Below, piece by piece: positions 44,402 to 62,628 of a stretch of 64,000 nt of DNA. The notes below the pieces were generated by a model. It was not told the DNA's origin. It searched no databases and saw nothing but the letters and a program-made list of their open reading frames with translations. This stretch comes from Chrysomallon squamiferum (Eukaryota; Animalia; Mollusca): positions 11,160,001 through 11,224,000 of the forward strand of contig CM022674.1 in the NCBI GenBank assembly GCA_012295275.1. The letters are read 5' to 3'. How positions within the stretch are numbered: position 1 is the stretch's first letter; the number at the start of each line of letters is the position of its first letter. Position numbers and translations under genes: made by a program.

Positions 44402-46482
44402 TAATAAAATAATATTTAAGTATTATTTTATTCATATAGCTCAAATTAACACATTTTTTATATACCTTGTTTTGTTTTGAATTTTTTATATTTTTTATAT
44501 ATTATTATGTTTATTATATTTAAAAAATATCATATTCAAATATTTTACTTTTTCATATGTCACATTTGTTAAAAAGAAATAACCCTAATAAAAGTTACCA
44601 GTAACTGAAATTTTCTGTTCTTTGATGCTATAGATTGTCAATAATAACAGTAATAGATCATGTTGAGCATTATTTATTTGGGTTATATATTTTTTAACAT
44701 GAAACTAACAGGTCAAATATATTCTCAAAGTGAATTCAGATTTGATATATGAACAATAACAAACTGCTATCTGCACAGATGAAATGCATTTTTTGAAGTT
44801 CTAATGTAAGATACACACTAAACCTGGCATTCTAACTACTGACTGGCTGCCTTCTGGCACACAAAACCTTAGGCTCATTTGAATCCTGTATCAAACAAAT
44901 TGTCAGACAAGACCTATTGCCTCTTTGCTGCTGCAACCAACTAACTTTCATTAAGTTGCATTCACCTTGTTTCAGTAGTATGAATATGCAGGACACGGGT
45001 GTTTATCACTTCCCCCCCTTCAATCACTTTATTTTTCCATATTTTGCAAAAACTTATTTATCTTTTTTCATTAGAGGTAAATAAATGAAATTTTCTTTAT
45101 TTCTGATTGAATGTTTTCGTTAAAAATGGTAAATATTCACTTAACCATGCAGTTGAAAAAAAGATAAAAATTTAATGGCCAACTGAGTATAATAAATAAA
45201 ACAGAATCTTTTACTCTTTTACTGCTGCTGAAAAACAGCATCTTTAAATTTTGTGGATTTATATTGAAGATAAAATTACTTACTGGGTAAATAAAAAAAA
45301 AATCTCCCAATACACCAAATAATGTTCCCCCAAAATGTCAGGTTGGCACACGAGCAAATTTTGGATGAAAAACCTGGCAAACTTTGACAAGGACACATAT
45401 AAAAATTTCCAATCCATGTTTTTTTCTTTTCTGTAAAAATGTATTCATTCTTATGTAGCATGGGAAATACAATGTCAAAAAAAAAAAAATAATAATAAAA
45501 TAAAATAATGATAATAATAAATAATATATAAAGTGCTTTCAATGTCTTTTGATCCTCTTTCAAGTTACTGCTGTATATTATGAACTGTCTAACATGAAGA
45601 AATAAATCATGACCTTTGTATGTGTCCAACAAATATAAACAACTAAAACAAAAGTACAGATGGACTATACATTTCTGATATAATGCATTAGCACAATTAG
45701 TATATGAACAACAGAACCACAAATGTAATGACATCAACTATAGAGAATCTTTTATTAAGCTGAATAAACACAAGTTCAACAATGTAAAAACATTTTATAA
45801 AAGGAAAAAGTAGCACTTTCTATATAACACCAAGTAAAAGAAAATAGGGTTGATAATAACATGCAAATTTAGAAATAATTATTCAGGTAATTGCTGGGTA
45901 GAATTTACAAGTGCACCAACATTATAGGAAGTATTTTATTTTTAATTTTTAGATGTCATTATGCATTGTTTGCTTTTGCATTCAAGTTTGTACATTTCTG
46001 TAAGTAACAAAAATTTGTTTACTTTTCTTAATACTTTCTTAAAAATCCAAAATTCTTATTACAAATATTACCCTTTTCAACGCATTTATTTATAGAAAAG
46101 CTCAGTTATTTAAAAACAAACCATTTACATGTTACACAGCCAGTGTACATTTGCTGTTATATACAAAAATATACACTGACATGTACAGATGGGAACAAAA
46201 GCATATGTTCTGAAATAAGTGAATAATATCTTTAATAACACTGCTAACTTATGGATTGGTAAAGGTATCATCAAGGTTTAGGTCTTTTTGTAATTTTATT
46301 ATTAATTTTTTTTTATATTTTGCAAAGCTATTTATATAAAGTTTAAATAACACAAACTTGGAAAACATTTTTCAACGATTGAAAACTATTTCTTCTAACC
46401 TTTTCTTATTGAGCTTTCTTCACTCATGTATGTATATTTATAAACTGAAAATGTTTTTCACATTCTAAACTTTGATGGTGAT

Positions 46483-50314
<3,832 letters not shown>

Positions 50315-51544
50315 ATTTCAAGTCTTTAGATCTACAAATATTTTATAATTTAAAATATCATTTTCTGGTAATATAAAAACAAGCATTAAATTTGTTAAAT
50401 TGTTTTAGTGGAATATAAATTAAACATTTTATGATTTTACTATAAATTATAATTGTAAAGTTTATTTCAGTATATTTTTACCAGAGAAATTTGAACGTTT
50501 TAAAAATTGTAATAGCGTGCAACAGATATGATGGAACAGGTAATACAATTATAAAAAGTATTAGGAGTAATGTGTCAAAGGAACTCTTAATGTAATATCG
50601 GATATCCTTATGACCATGACATTTTTTTATTTTTTTATAGAGGTCGACTATACCTCTGCATGTTGTATAATTGTCATAAAAAGTATTTCATAGAATAGTA
50701 ATATTATTTCTATATGTACGCGGTATTATCACTATGGAGATTCATTTGAATATGATCCAAAAATTATGTTAAGTAATTAATGCTGAATATACAGTTTGTG
50801 AAGAAAGATGATCCAAGGTCAGCTAGCAGACGGTAACGTCCTTGACATTATTAAAAAAAATTACCTTGATCTTCAAGGGCATTCCAAATGAAATGAAAAT
50901 AAACAAGTAAGCATTTCCTGTTCTTCCTAAAGCAAAACGACATTTTTTGAAGATATACATAACAAATAATAGATTTACATTCGATTTATTTTTATTTGTT
51001 TTACTTTTAAATCAATTCGAAATGACTAATTCGTATAACGGCGTTCGGATAACGCCCGTATATAATTAGTAGAAGAATACGAATCGAACATATGTGCCAT
51101 CATTAAAGGATTAACAAGAGATTAAATGATTGCTTTTCAGTTCCTAGAACAGAAGTAAATCCACTTTAAGCCTAAATGCCAACAAATCACTTTCCTCACC
51201 TTCTTCACCACCCGGCGTCTATAAATGGAATACACGATAGGGCTCGAGAATTTACGTTACTTTGCGAGATGTTTAACGAAAATACGTATAGGATTATTTT
51301 CCGGAAAAAGAATAAAAAGAAAAACAATGATTATAATAATTTTACAAATGCCCAACCCAGTCTTCTTGCAACTAGAAGTCACAGTATTCAAAGATATAAC
51401 TAAAAGATGCAAATCAGGTCAATTTGCTATTTACTAGCTGTTACTAAATGATACAAGAACCCCCCCAAAAAATAATAAATAAATAAATAAATACTAATAA
51501 TAAAAAACAAAAACAAAACAACGACCCCCTCAAAAACCCCACTG

Positions 51545-51745
51545 TTTTTGTACAACGATGAAAGGAGCGAAGAAATCCGCCGGATTCACTGCACTATAAA
51601 AAAAAAAAAAATTATATGTATCGTTTTCATTAGCAGGACAGTACATACCATGTGTTTGATAACTGGATGGTTGGAATAGGAAATATCCCAGTTGCAGTCC
51701 TGATGTCGTTTCAAACCAGCGTTCTAACCACTGAAGTACGTCGTG
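51545..51745 (-). mobile_element. Degenerate SINE, same family as 331-655
   Basis: caggacagtacataccatgtgtttgataac..ggttggaataggaaatatccc..gcgttctaaccactgaagtacgtc (core plus reverse A box). Confidence 0.5.
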
Positions 51746-52229
51746 GATCATAATTTTTGAATTGCAGATGAACCTTAAAACAAACATTAAAACTTTTCTA
51801 TTTCAATGCGCTAGCATTTAAATAATTGTTGTAACACCATAATATCTGTTTCTATTTTTAATTCTTATAATTTGTATTGGTATCATGTGATATTTTTGAA
51901 GACGGCAACATCATACGATAATCTTGATTACATTTTGAACCTGAAACGTGTCAAAGGTTATGTTGCGATAAATGAAAAACAACAAATCATGCTTTATTAT
52001 CTTTTTTCGATTTATTTTATTGATGCAAAATGTAACCTCACGCGATATTACGTCGATATTTGAACTAAATGAACCCGTTACATCTGCTTCGGGCCTGCTC
52101 ATAATTACAGAAAATTATTACTTTGAATTTACTATTAACACTACTACCATCGCTATTGGTACTACAACGATTGATAACTTGATTGATGGATTATAGATTA
52201 AAACTTTAACCTCCCATAAACATTATTGT

Positions 52230-52283
<54 letters not shown>

Positions 52284-52284
52284 G

Positions 52285-52370
52285 CTTGACGTCTGACGGA
52301 TATGTTCTACGTCACGTGATATCGAGTATATACCCCAAAAATAAAACGTCAACAATGACGTGACATCCAC
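52285..52370. promoter_or_regulatory. CRE/E-box/HRE-like motif cluster upstream of GAPDH
   Basis: tgacgtct (about 52287), tacgtcacgtgat (52308-52320) and tgacgtgac (about 52356) within about 85 bp of otherwise CpG-poor DNA. Confidence 0.45.
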
Positions 52371-53468
52371 TCTCGGTGCAGCGTTCAGGTTATATGTAAA
52401 TTTTTATTTTTGTAATTACTGTATTTAGAAATAAATTAGTTTGTTAGCACTGAACATTTTTATGTGAATGCATATAGTATCTCACACACACACACAAAAA
52501 TATATGTGTGTTCCTTGCTAACGACCATTTGCCCAATCAAACATCAGTCAGCATAAATATTTTTCCCTCTTACAGCAAGTACTTCCTGTCTGGTTTGTCA
52601 AAATTCAATTTAAGTACTAGCCTGTCATTGGTAAAGTGAATGTGAAATAACTTTTCATGTTTGTCGGTGAGTAACCAATGGTAAAGCAGAAGCTATAAAT
52701 CATAGGTATTTTTAGGTATTATATTAAAACCACAGATAATGCACAAAGCCTACTATATCTACAACACCATCAATGAAGAAAAACATTGGCAAATTTATAA
52801 AAGTTGATTTCTTTTATTTTCTTAATAATTTACAGCTGTAAATGAATATCAAAAGAAGCATTAATTTATATCAATATTATATAAATAATAATAAATTAAT
52901 TTTTGATGTAATTACGAAATTACTAGAAGAGAAAGCAAACAGACAGACAGATGGGTAGACAGTGAAAAACAAAAGGTAGATAATAATATATATGTGTATC
53001 CATTCATAAACAAACATTTAAATATTATTCTATTTCACAGGTTTAACAACAAAATAAAATAAAGTTTAATCAGCAAAGATTTCATAGATTACTTTAGAGC
53101 TTGAAATCATTCTCATGATATTCTTTGGTAACAATAATAAATAAAACAAATATTATTCACTATTCCTTTGTGTATTAAACAGTAAACGAAGAATGAATGA
53201 TACTGGAAAAGTTGCAATATATTTAAAAAAATCACGTTTAATTTTGGGATTCTATCTCCTAGTAAACCCTCTTTACCACAAACATACAAAAAAATATATT
53301 TAAAAAAAAAATCACATTGTTTTAGAAAAGTCACATTAATTTAGAAAAGTCAGATAATTTTAGAAATATCACATTGTTTTAGAAAAGTCACATTATTTAC
53401 TGGACACTGTGGATTCCATTTCTAAATATACTCCCATCAGAATTACAGATGAAAATTTAAAATATTTT

Positions 53469-55469
53469 TCAATGTTCATCTGGAAACACCTTATATGGAT
53501 TCAAGATTCGATTTGGATCGAGACTGTTTTTCAAAGCAGACATGATGGAAACAGCTGCTTTTGACTTTGAGTAGAAAATGACATTCCTCTTCATAAAACC
53601 CAGTCCATGCTCAGCACTGACGCTGCCTCTGTACCTGGAAACCCACTCGTACACAAACGGCTCCATTAAGTCTACCACTTCCTCACTGAACTCTCTGGTT
53701 GTGATATTCAGATGTGTATTTCTACTGAAATGTCAAAAAGATCTATCATTCATGCAACATGTTAAAACTTTTTTGTGTTTGTTTTTTCAGTATAAATACT
53801 TTATGTAATGAAATTATAAAAAAAAATATATAAAAAAAAAATATTTAAAATTAATTTAAATATATGTGCCCAGGAAGGAGAAATAACACTCATAATGCCA
53901 TCACAAACAATGTCATACAATATCTTATTTAACAAATGCTTTTTTGTCTAAATGCCATTTTTTTCACAATTACCTACTAATCTGTATCATTGTTGCCATG
54001 GTGACTTGATCCTCAAACTGCATTTTTCAATCTTTCTTTTGTCAAACACCCCATTGTGATTTTCAAAATAAATACTGTATGGCTCACCATGTTTGCACAC
54101 ACTACAATTTACTCTGTATAGTAATGTAACAGCTCTGAACTGGTTAAAGGCAGGCCTTAGTTTTTAGTTTTTAGTTATGATATTATGAGGCATCAGTTGC
54201 ACTTCAAACTTTTGAAAATCTGAAAGTGCAACACTGTGAAAGTAACTGCATACTGATTTATTAATTCTGACTCCTCAAGCTTCACCAAAATATTTCACTA
54301 TAAACCTACTGGTAGTATTCTTATCCTTGGTTTTAATTTTCTTCAGTTTTCATTCATATTAAAACATTCTTTTCTAACCTTTCACTGTTGAAACACATAA
54401 TTTGTATTTTTCAAACATAATTATGTACTTGTCAAGAACAAAGATAACTCACCATCACCAATATGGCCGTATCCTAACACTCTGGTTGTTTTGTGCCCCA
54501 CTCGCTCTCTCATGTCTTCTACCACTTTGTAGGCATATTTCTGAGGCAGGGAGACATCATACTTGTAACAGTAACCATCGTGTTTCAAAGCCTCTGCAAT
54601 ACGCTCTCTGATTGACCAAATGTACTAACAAAAAAAACAAAAATAATAAAAATAAATAAAAATAAAAATAAATAAATTCCTGGATATCTGCAATGTAGAT
54701 GCCTATGTATTCTTTCATACATATTTAAGTGTGGGAGTGTAAACACATATGCAGTTATATATGTTTGGAAGATGGGTGTTTTATAGCATGTGTGTGTGTT
54801 TGTTTGTGTGTACATGTGTGTGTACTGATAAAAATGTATTTCTGTTATATCATTATTAAAGTGGATATGATGGGAACAGTGGAAAAGAAAAGTCCTCCTC
54901 AGAAAAGTAAGTACTAATAACCAATTACTAAACTGTTAATAGTCTGTCAAAATTTTAATTACATATATATGAAAAAAAGAAAGTTATAATGATTTCAAAT
55001 TACCTCTATCTTCTTTGATTCTGTTGCTACTGTACCATCATTTATTAATCCAAGTTCCATAGCTCTCTGAAAAAACATATTCAAACTTTCTTCATCATGA
55101 GAAGCATTTGAACCACTTGTCTCAATGAGAACGTAGAACTGAGAACTTCCAATTGGATTGGTCAGTTTTAGGTTGTCCACGACAACAGCCATGGAGCTGG
55201 CATCAATCATTTCAAATGCAGAGATAATCTCTGGCAGACAGCGTTTACTTTCTCTAAGTAGTGACAAAACATCTTCAAATTTATCACAGCCTAAGAAAAT
55301 GTGCAGTAAAAATCTAATCAAACTGAAGTTTACTGATAATGTATATTTTATACACTGATTGGAAAAAAAGATATGGTACAATACAAACTGTGATAAAAGG
55401 AGGCCAAAAAAACACAAAAAACAATAGGTTTCAAAATTCATAACACACACACACACACATGCACATGAG

Positions 55470-55505
<36 letters not shown>

Positions 55506-57952
55506 TTATGTTTTGGTAACAGATTCTCACTGGATCACTCTCCCGTTCCAATCTCTTTTCCTCTCTTTGACCCACTCTCCTCTCCTGTCCCTCATTCTGT
55601 CTTTCATTTGACTGACAGTGAACAGATCACAGGTGGGTCTCTACTTGAAATATTATTAATTTTACACACAGGACCAATGAAATTTAATAAATCAATAGAT
55701 AATATGAATGAATGAATGAATATGAATTTGTAATAGAAAAATAAAACCAAAATGGCTATTTACCTAAAATGCCACATTAACAGAAGAAGGTTTTGGTGGA
55801 CAGAGGAATTGATACAGCTGTGACCACACCCAGTGTTCCCTCAGAACCAATGAAAAACTGTTTTACATCATAACCTGTGTTGTCCTTGCGAAGTGTTGTT
55901 AAGCAGTCAATTATTCGTCCATCTGCCAACACCTGACATACATTATTAATATATCATAACATATATGATTCAGATTTTGGTAGTGAATTATATAATAAAG
56001 AATATATTTTCAGACTTAGTGAAAACAGACAGGAAAAACAAGAGCCACAGAGAGAAATGATGCTGTGTAGAGAAATGCAGCAAATAGAAAAGAGAAAAAG
56101 GGGGACTGAAAGGAGGAATTGAAAGAGTGCAAAACTGTCACAGTGATGCTATGTTCAGAGAGAAAGAAAGAAAGAGAGAGGCATAAAGGGAAAGAGCAAA
56201 CAAGAAAGAAAAGAAAAGAAAAGAAAGCAAAAACACATTTTACATGAAAAGATAATTAAAAACATATCAAAAATAGATCATGCAGTACTAAAGTAAATCA
56301 TTGATGTATTTTATTGTAAGGCATTATGTTTTTTTATATCTTCATACACCTGTAAATGGTTAAATTAAACCTATGCAATCAGTGACAGATGAATGGATGA
56401 TCACTTACAACTTCCAGACCCAGCACAGATCCATGGAGAGATCCGTATCTCAACAAACGAATACCTCCAGCATTTGTTGCTACATTTCCTCCAATATGGC
56501 AGCTGCCTTTAGCACCAAGATCAAGTGGCATGATGAGGTTGAAGTCTGAAATGTAGTTGCTGAGGGATTCCAAAACACAGCCTGCCTGACAGACCAGAGT
56601 TCCTAAACAAAACAAATAAATAAAGGATAATGTAAGTGATAAGTAGATTAAATGAGACATTAATATAGATTTTTATCTAATTACTTTCACCATTTTAATA
56701 TTTGTAGTTTTCAACTATTTATTGGTTTAATAAAGAGTGTATATATAAACATACAAACACACACACACAATAATATATAAGTATACACACCTGTTAAAAC
56801 TGTCTATCTCACAAAACTGAGAAAGAAAACCTTCCAAAAACCAAATTTATCAATTACTTTATTAATACTATTATTGTTACTGGCAAGCATAATAATAATA
56901 TGATACTGCCGATGGTACAACTACTACTACTAACACTAACAACAACAACAACAACAACCACAATAAAATAGAATAATACTTACCTGAAAGATCATCTATG
57001 CTGATAATTTTGTTCATTAGTTGTGTAGATAATATTATTTCGTCAAAGACAGGCACACTCCCCCCAACCAGGCCTGTGTTGCCACCCTGCGGCACCACAG
57101 CAAGCTTTCTTTTATTACAATACTGCAGAATAGCAGAAACTTCACTTGTAGTTCTTGGACGTAACACAACCTTGCTTGATCCTGTGATGAAAAAATTATA
57201 TACAACCATACAAAGATTCACATACAGATACATATACACTTATACATAGAAAAATACATACACACGGAATTACGTGCATACATGAATTTCATGAATTTCA
57301 TGAATTTCATATAAATATATACAAAGGTATACACACCCACACACACACACACACACACAGATACATACACATTCACATGGTACAGATTATTTATTTTTAT
57401 ATTCCATCTTTCTTTAAAACCAGAGAAAAATAAAAGCATAAATAAATTAAGAAAAAGCATATAATAAACAAACAAACAAACAAAACAAAACATAAGGAAA
57501 GATGTATTAATGTAACTGGGAAAAGGCAAATTTTACACATCTATAAGGATTGAGCCTACAGCCTTTCACACCTCACTGTCAGTCTTCATCTTACCTCTGT
57601 AGTTGTTCAACCAGTCTGTGTTGTAACCAGACAGTTCTTCAGTTTCTGTTATCACACGACCTGAAACCAAGTCACATATTAAACACAAGATTATCATCAT
57701 TATCTCATCATCATTATTACTATTATTAATTTTTTTTAAATATGTAATAAGAGGATTGAAACATTCAATGGTGATGAGGTGAATATAGAGGCGTTATGTA
57801 TAAGTGTATGTTCATTTTTTTTTTTTTTTTTGTGGCCAATCATTACTAACAATAAAGTATAATAATTAAAATAGCAAGCCCATAACATTTAATGAAGTCT
57901 ATAATTTTAAATTCTACCACTATATATTTTGCTCATACAAACAAAAAAGTTC

Positions 57953-57983
<31 letters not shown>

Positions 57984-58461
57984 AGAAAGAAAGAAAAAAG
58001 AAAAAATTATCACAGATTGAGTAAATCAGTGCAATATCCTCTGAATGTCAAGGATACTTTTATACTTCCATGTATTAAACGGCACAAAAAAAAAAAAAAA
58101 AAAAAATATATATATATAAATAAAAAAAAAAATAAAAAAAAAAAATAAAAGAAATAAAACACATTCACATCCACAAACAAAAGAATAGACAGGTTGTTTC
58201 AGACTAAAATAGAACTGTTTTAGACCACTAGCAGTAAGTGTGTGGACTGGTCTGTCAGATTTTTTGAAGGAAATCCAGTTTAAGTGGATTGGTGGCAGCA
58301 TTTAGGAAGATGCAGCAGTTTCTGAACCAAATTATATGTTTCTCATTACATTCATAAGTTTATGTATATAAGTTCAAGTGATCATATAGAAAAGTATGGT
58401 GTGGTATGAGGTGTTGCATTGTGGTGTGATGTAGTGTAACTGCAGCATATTGCAGTGTACA

Positions 58462-58493
<32 letters not shown>

Positions 58494-58980
58494 GTGTGTA
58501 TATATATATATGTAGGTATGCATGTATAGTTAGTTACATGTATGTATTTTACATGTATGTATGTATAAGAAGACAAATGCATTTAACCAATTTATACACA
58601 TCATTAATGATATTTATCAACCTTTTTATTAAAGACACATTTTACTCACTATATTTAATATAAATATGTGTATTTGTGTATGTGTATAATTTGGATATAT
58701 ACTAATTTAAAACAATAAGAGTGGTATTAATAACCTGGAACAATTTTGTTGAACTCTTCTATATCTCTGTCAGATAATGTGGCATATGCTCCACGTTTCA
58801 CATTGCGATATCGAACACTTGTAAGTTCAACATCGTTGTCTTTGTGTGTACTAAAGTGCCGTTTGCTTGCTTTCCAAACGAAATTATTTCGGTTCGTTCT
58901 GACAAAAGTGTTAAAATCGGCAAAGTTTTTCGGTTTGTCGTCTGTAAAATCAGATTTACGTTTCTTGCAAGTACTGACAT
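53469..58980 (-). CDS. D2HGDH: D-2-hydroxyglutarate dehydrogenase, mitochondrial (about 528 aa after correcting four 1-nt indels)
   Basis: Exons 58735-58980, 57595-57660, 56984-57181, 56409-56602, 55764-55932, 55004-55290, 54453-54624, 53469-53721. FAD-binding motifs [46 protein letters not shown] and [10 protein letters not shown]. Confidence 0.95.
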
Positions 58981-59374
58981 ATGCATTATGCACATTGTTT
59001 GCTTTCAATTAAAGCTTGCAAAGCGAATTATAATATTAGGATTTTATCCAATACGTTGCTTTATTTAAAAACATTAATTAAACAAATCGAGTCGGAAACC
59101 TGCCCTAGATCTGAAAAGAAATCGAGAAAAGAGTAACCTCCCCTAGATCATGCAATCCTTATTTTTCTTCTTTTTTCCCTTCTTTCACGTGGATAAGAGA
59201 ATATTGCAAGCAACAATCCAGTAGTGTTAAAATGATATAGAAATGAAGATGAAAATAAAAAATGTGTATTTTATTAAACCACTTTTTATGAAATTTTCTT
59301 TAGGAAAACATTATTTTAAAAGCTGGTGCTCGACAAAGTTATTGTAGAAAACACTTAAAAAGAATAAAAACAAA
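58981..59374. promoter_or_regulatory. Bidirectional promoter D2HGDH/DCPS
   Basis: Divergent ATGs about 395 bp apart. CACGTG at 59186-59191; ccctagatc occurs twice (59103, 59141). Confidence 0.7.
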
Positions 59375-59825
59375 ATGTCAGCGTCCGTAGAGTTAGAAAA
59401 TGTTCCTGAAAATTTGACCGTAAAGAAACGACGATTAGAAAAAGACGATTCTTTTCAAAATGAAGCAGAAGATACCTTTTCGGGGTTTTCTGTTGTCAAA
59501 ATACTTCGAGAAGATACTCGTCAAAAACTACTGATATTACAAGGAAAATTCGATAGCAGTGAGGACGATGCAGTTTTGTTACTAGAAAAAAAGCCTTTCG
59601 ACAAGGAAAGTGTGACCAGATTGCTATCAAAAGGCACCAAAACGACCCTCACACTGAAAAATGATATATACAATACGTTTGACACATTTCCCGATACAAC
59701 GTTAACAGGTTGTATGGTCTATATGAAAACACATTTTTTTAAATATTAATTCCATAATCCATTGTTCATTTGAATTTTTAAAAATAATTATTATAATACT
59801 CACTAATTCAGTGAAATCAGTACTG

Positions 59826-59921
<96 letters not shown>

Positions 59922-59972
59922 TTTCTTTTTCTGTTTTTATTTAGGAGTGAATAAAAATATATATTTAAAGTA

Positions 59973-60012
<40 letters not shown>

Positions 60013-60592
60013 CTATATATTTACAGTTTTTGTTGCACAGTACAACTGGTAACTGATGTTTCATAAAACGTCTGTGATTCATACTAAATAGCCTGTCAGT
60101 GTATCGTACTGATAGGTAGATACACAAATCCAGTTAATTTTTAAAATGTATTATTATTTCATAAATTTCAGGGTTCAAAACTACAATGATATACCCAGCA
60201 ACACAGAAACACATCATAAAATATTCTGATCAAGATGTGTGGGTAATCCAAGAAACACCAGAATTGTATAAAAGTGTCACTTTACCATCTATTGAAGCAA
60301 GCAATTTCAGTATTCAGGTATGTGCATATATTTATTTTATTTTATTTTGTGCAAGTTTAATATTAATGTTAAAACAAATTTCTTTCTTTTTTTCTTTCTC
60401 TCTTTTTTTAATTTTTTTTTTATAACAAATTCATTCTTGTCATGTTAAGTTTTCTTATTTGATGAAGTTGAAAAAAATGTATTTGTAATTAAACAAATTT
60501 TGTTCTATCTATGACAATATAAAAGGTATATATAAACTTAAGTTGCCAGTTAGAAACCCTGTGTTTGTTTTCTTTGATCTTTTATAGAACAT

Positions 60593-60627
<35 letters not shown>

Positions 60628-61776
60628 TACACACACATTCATTACATCACATACTTATAACATGTTGGTAACATGTTGTAAGTAAAATACAGAAGGCTTC
60701 CAATCTTTTAAGAACAAAAATAAATTATAACATACATCATAAGACCAAATGTAAAACAGAAAAATAATAAATTCAAAAAAGAACATAATTATTACTACAA
60801 TAAATAGTCAGTGCATTTTTATTATTATAAAAAAGGCCTTTATTATTTATATTAAACATTTTAAAAAGAAGAAAAAAGCACTAAATATATTTATTTCAAA
60901 TTATAATAAATTTACAAATAAAATATATTTGGTACTTTTTTTAAACTGTATTAATATAAATAGTTTGTTGTGATAGTAAAAACATACTAAATATATACTA
61001 CAGTAGTAATTATTTTTATTCATATTCTGCAGTGGGTGTATAACATCCTGGAGAAGAAGAAGGAAGCAGACAGGATAGTATTTGAGGATCCTGATCCAGA
61101 CACAGGATTTATCCTTGTCCCAGACATGAAGTGGGATAGAAAGGATTTGGACAGTCTTTTTTTGATTGCCATAACAAACAAACGAGGAATTAAATTTCTG
61201 AGGGACTTAGACGATTCAAGTCTGCCTTTCTTGAAAAATATTCTAGAGAAAGGAAAGGTAGGCAAAATTTGATGTTCTTTAAAAAAAAAAAAAAAAAAAA
61301 TAATAATAATAATCTATGTGGCTTGTTCAATATGTGTTATTGATTTTATATACATATACATATGTGTGTGTGTGTGCGTATATTTTTTATAACAAATTTT
61401 TGGAACTGAAAATAAACACATTATCTGGAGATAATATATAAATACTAGTATGTTTGTTTTTAATTTAAAAAAAGTTGTATTTTTGTTTTTCATCTTTATT
61501 TTTCAGACTGCAATTAAGGATAAATACAACATCCCATCGAGCAAACTTCGTATCTATGTTCACTACCTGCCATCTTATTACCACTTTCATGTTCATTTTA
61601 CACACATAAAGTACGAGGCACCTGGTACAGAAGTATTAAGAGCCCATCTGTTAGACGACATCATCGAAAATATTGAACACGATGGACAATACTATAAAAA
61701 GAAAACTCTGAGCTTTACCGTCAGAGAAAATGACGATCTGAAGAAGAGTTACTCAAAAGCAGGTTACTGTGAATAA
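59375..61776 (+). CDS. DCPS: m7GpppX diphosphatase (scavenger decapping enzyme), 324 aa
   Basis: Exons 59375-59708, 60172-60317, 61033-61257, 61507-61776; total 975 nt. Motifs NDIY, IYPAT, QWVYNIL, PDMKWD and histidine triad [13 protein letters not shown]. Confidence 0.97.
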
Positions 61777-62628
61777 TGTTTGATAGAATTATGTCCCTTT
61801 GTAGTTTTTGTGAGAATTACCTCTCTTTATATCCAGCCATTGTTCTGTTTTCTGTTGTTTGTTTTTATGTTGTGTCTGTTAGTCATACATTACTAGAATA
61901 AAAAACATTATGATCATGAAGACTATATTAATAAAATTCAACAAATGTATGCTTTAAATTCTCTTTATTTTGAACAGTTTACATTTTATAATTCTTCTGT
62001 TTTCTGGAAATCAGTCTTGAAATGAGATTAAATCTGTAATGCAAAGTTAAAATATTATTATAATTAAAATCATAAATTAAAAATAAAAGGAAAACAGAAT
62101 TAGTCTGAATTTTAATGAGTTCTAAATGACTATAGAGCAAATTGGAATTAAAAAGATAATATTTTGTGTATGAACTCAAACACACAAAGGACATAAATAT
62201 GTACATCTTCAGTGTCATACATCTGTAACACATTAAATAAGAATATAGATAAATCTGTAATATTTTTATCATTTTGTTTCTGTTGTTTTTTATTTGTGGA
62301 AAATATCGGAAATAATTTTTATTTTTTATTTTCTTATTTAATTCATACAAATAAAGAAATTAGATGCTTGTTGAACTTTTTTATGGATTAGTAATTGAAC
62401 AGCACTTTATAATTATTTTCATATCACAGTGCTTTAATTAGTCATCCAAAATGTTGAGAAATAAGTTTAGTTTATGGATTGGAGGAAATCTTACAATTTT
62501 ATTTTTGATGATTTTTAGTGTATCAGTGTATTTCTACATACACACACATACATACACATACATAGATGGAGGGATGACTATTTGAAAATCATTAACATTA
62601 CAAAGTTTAATTAAAAAGAAACTTACAA

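Noticed and set aside
58727-59008. TTG (non-AUG) start or programmed -1 frameshift for D2HGDH
   Set aside because: There is no canonical slippery heptamer. One missing A restores an ATG-initiated presequence, and three more indels occur in the same gene.
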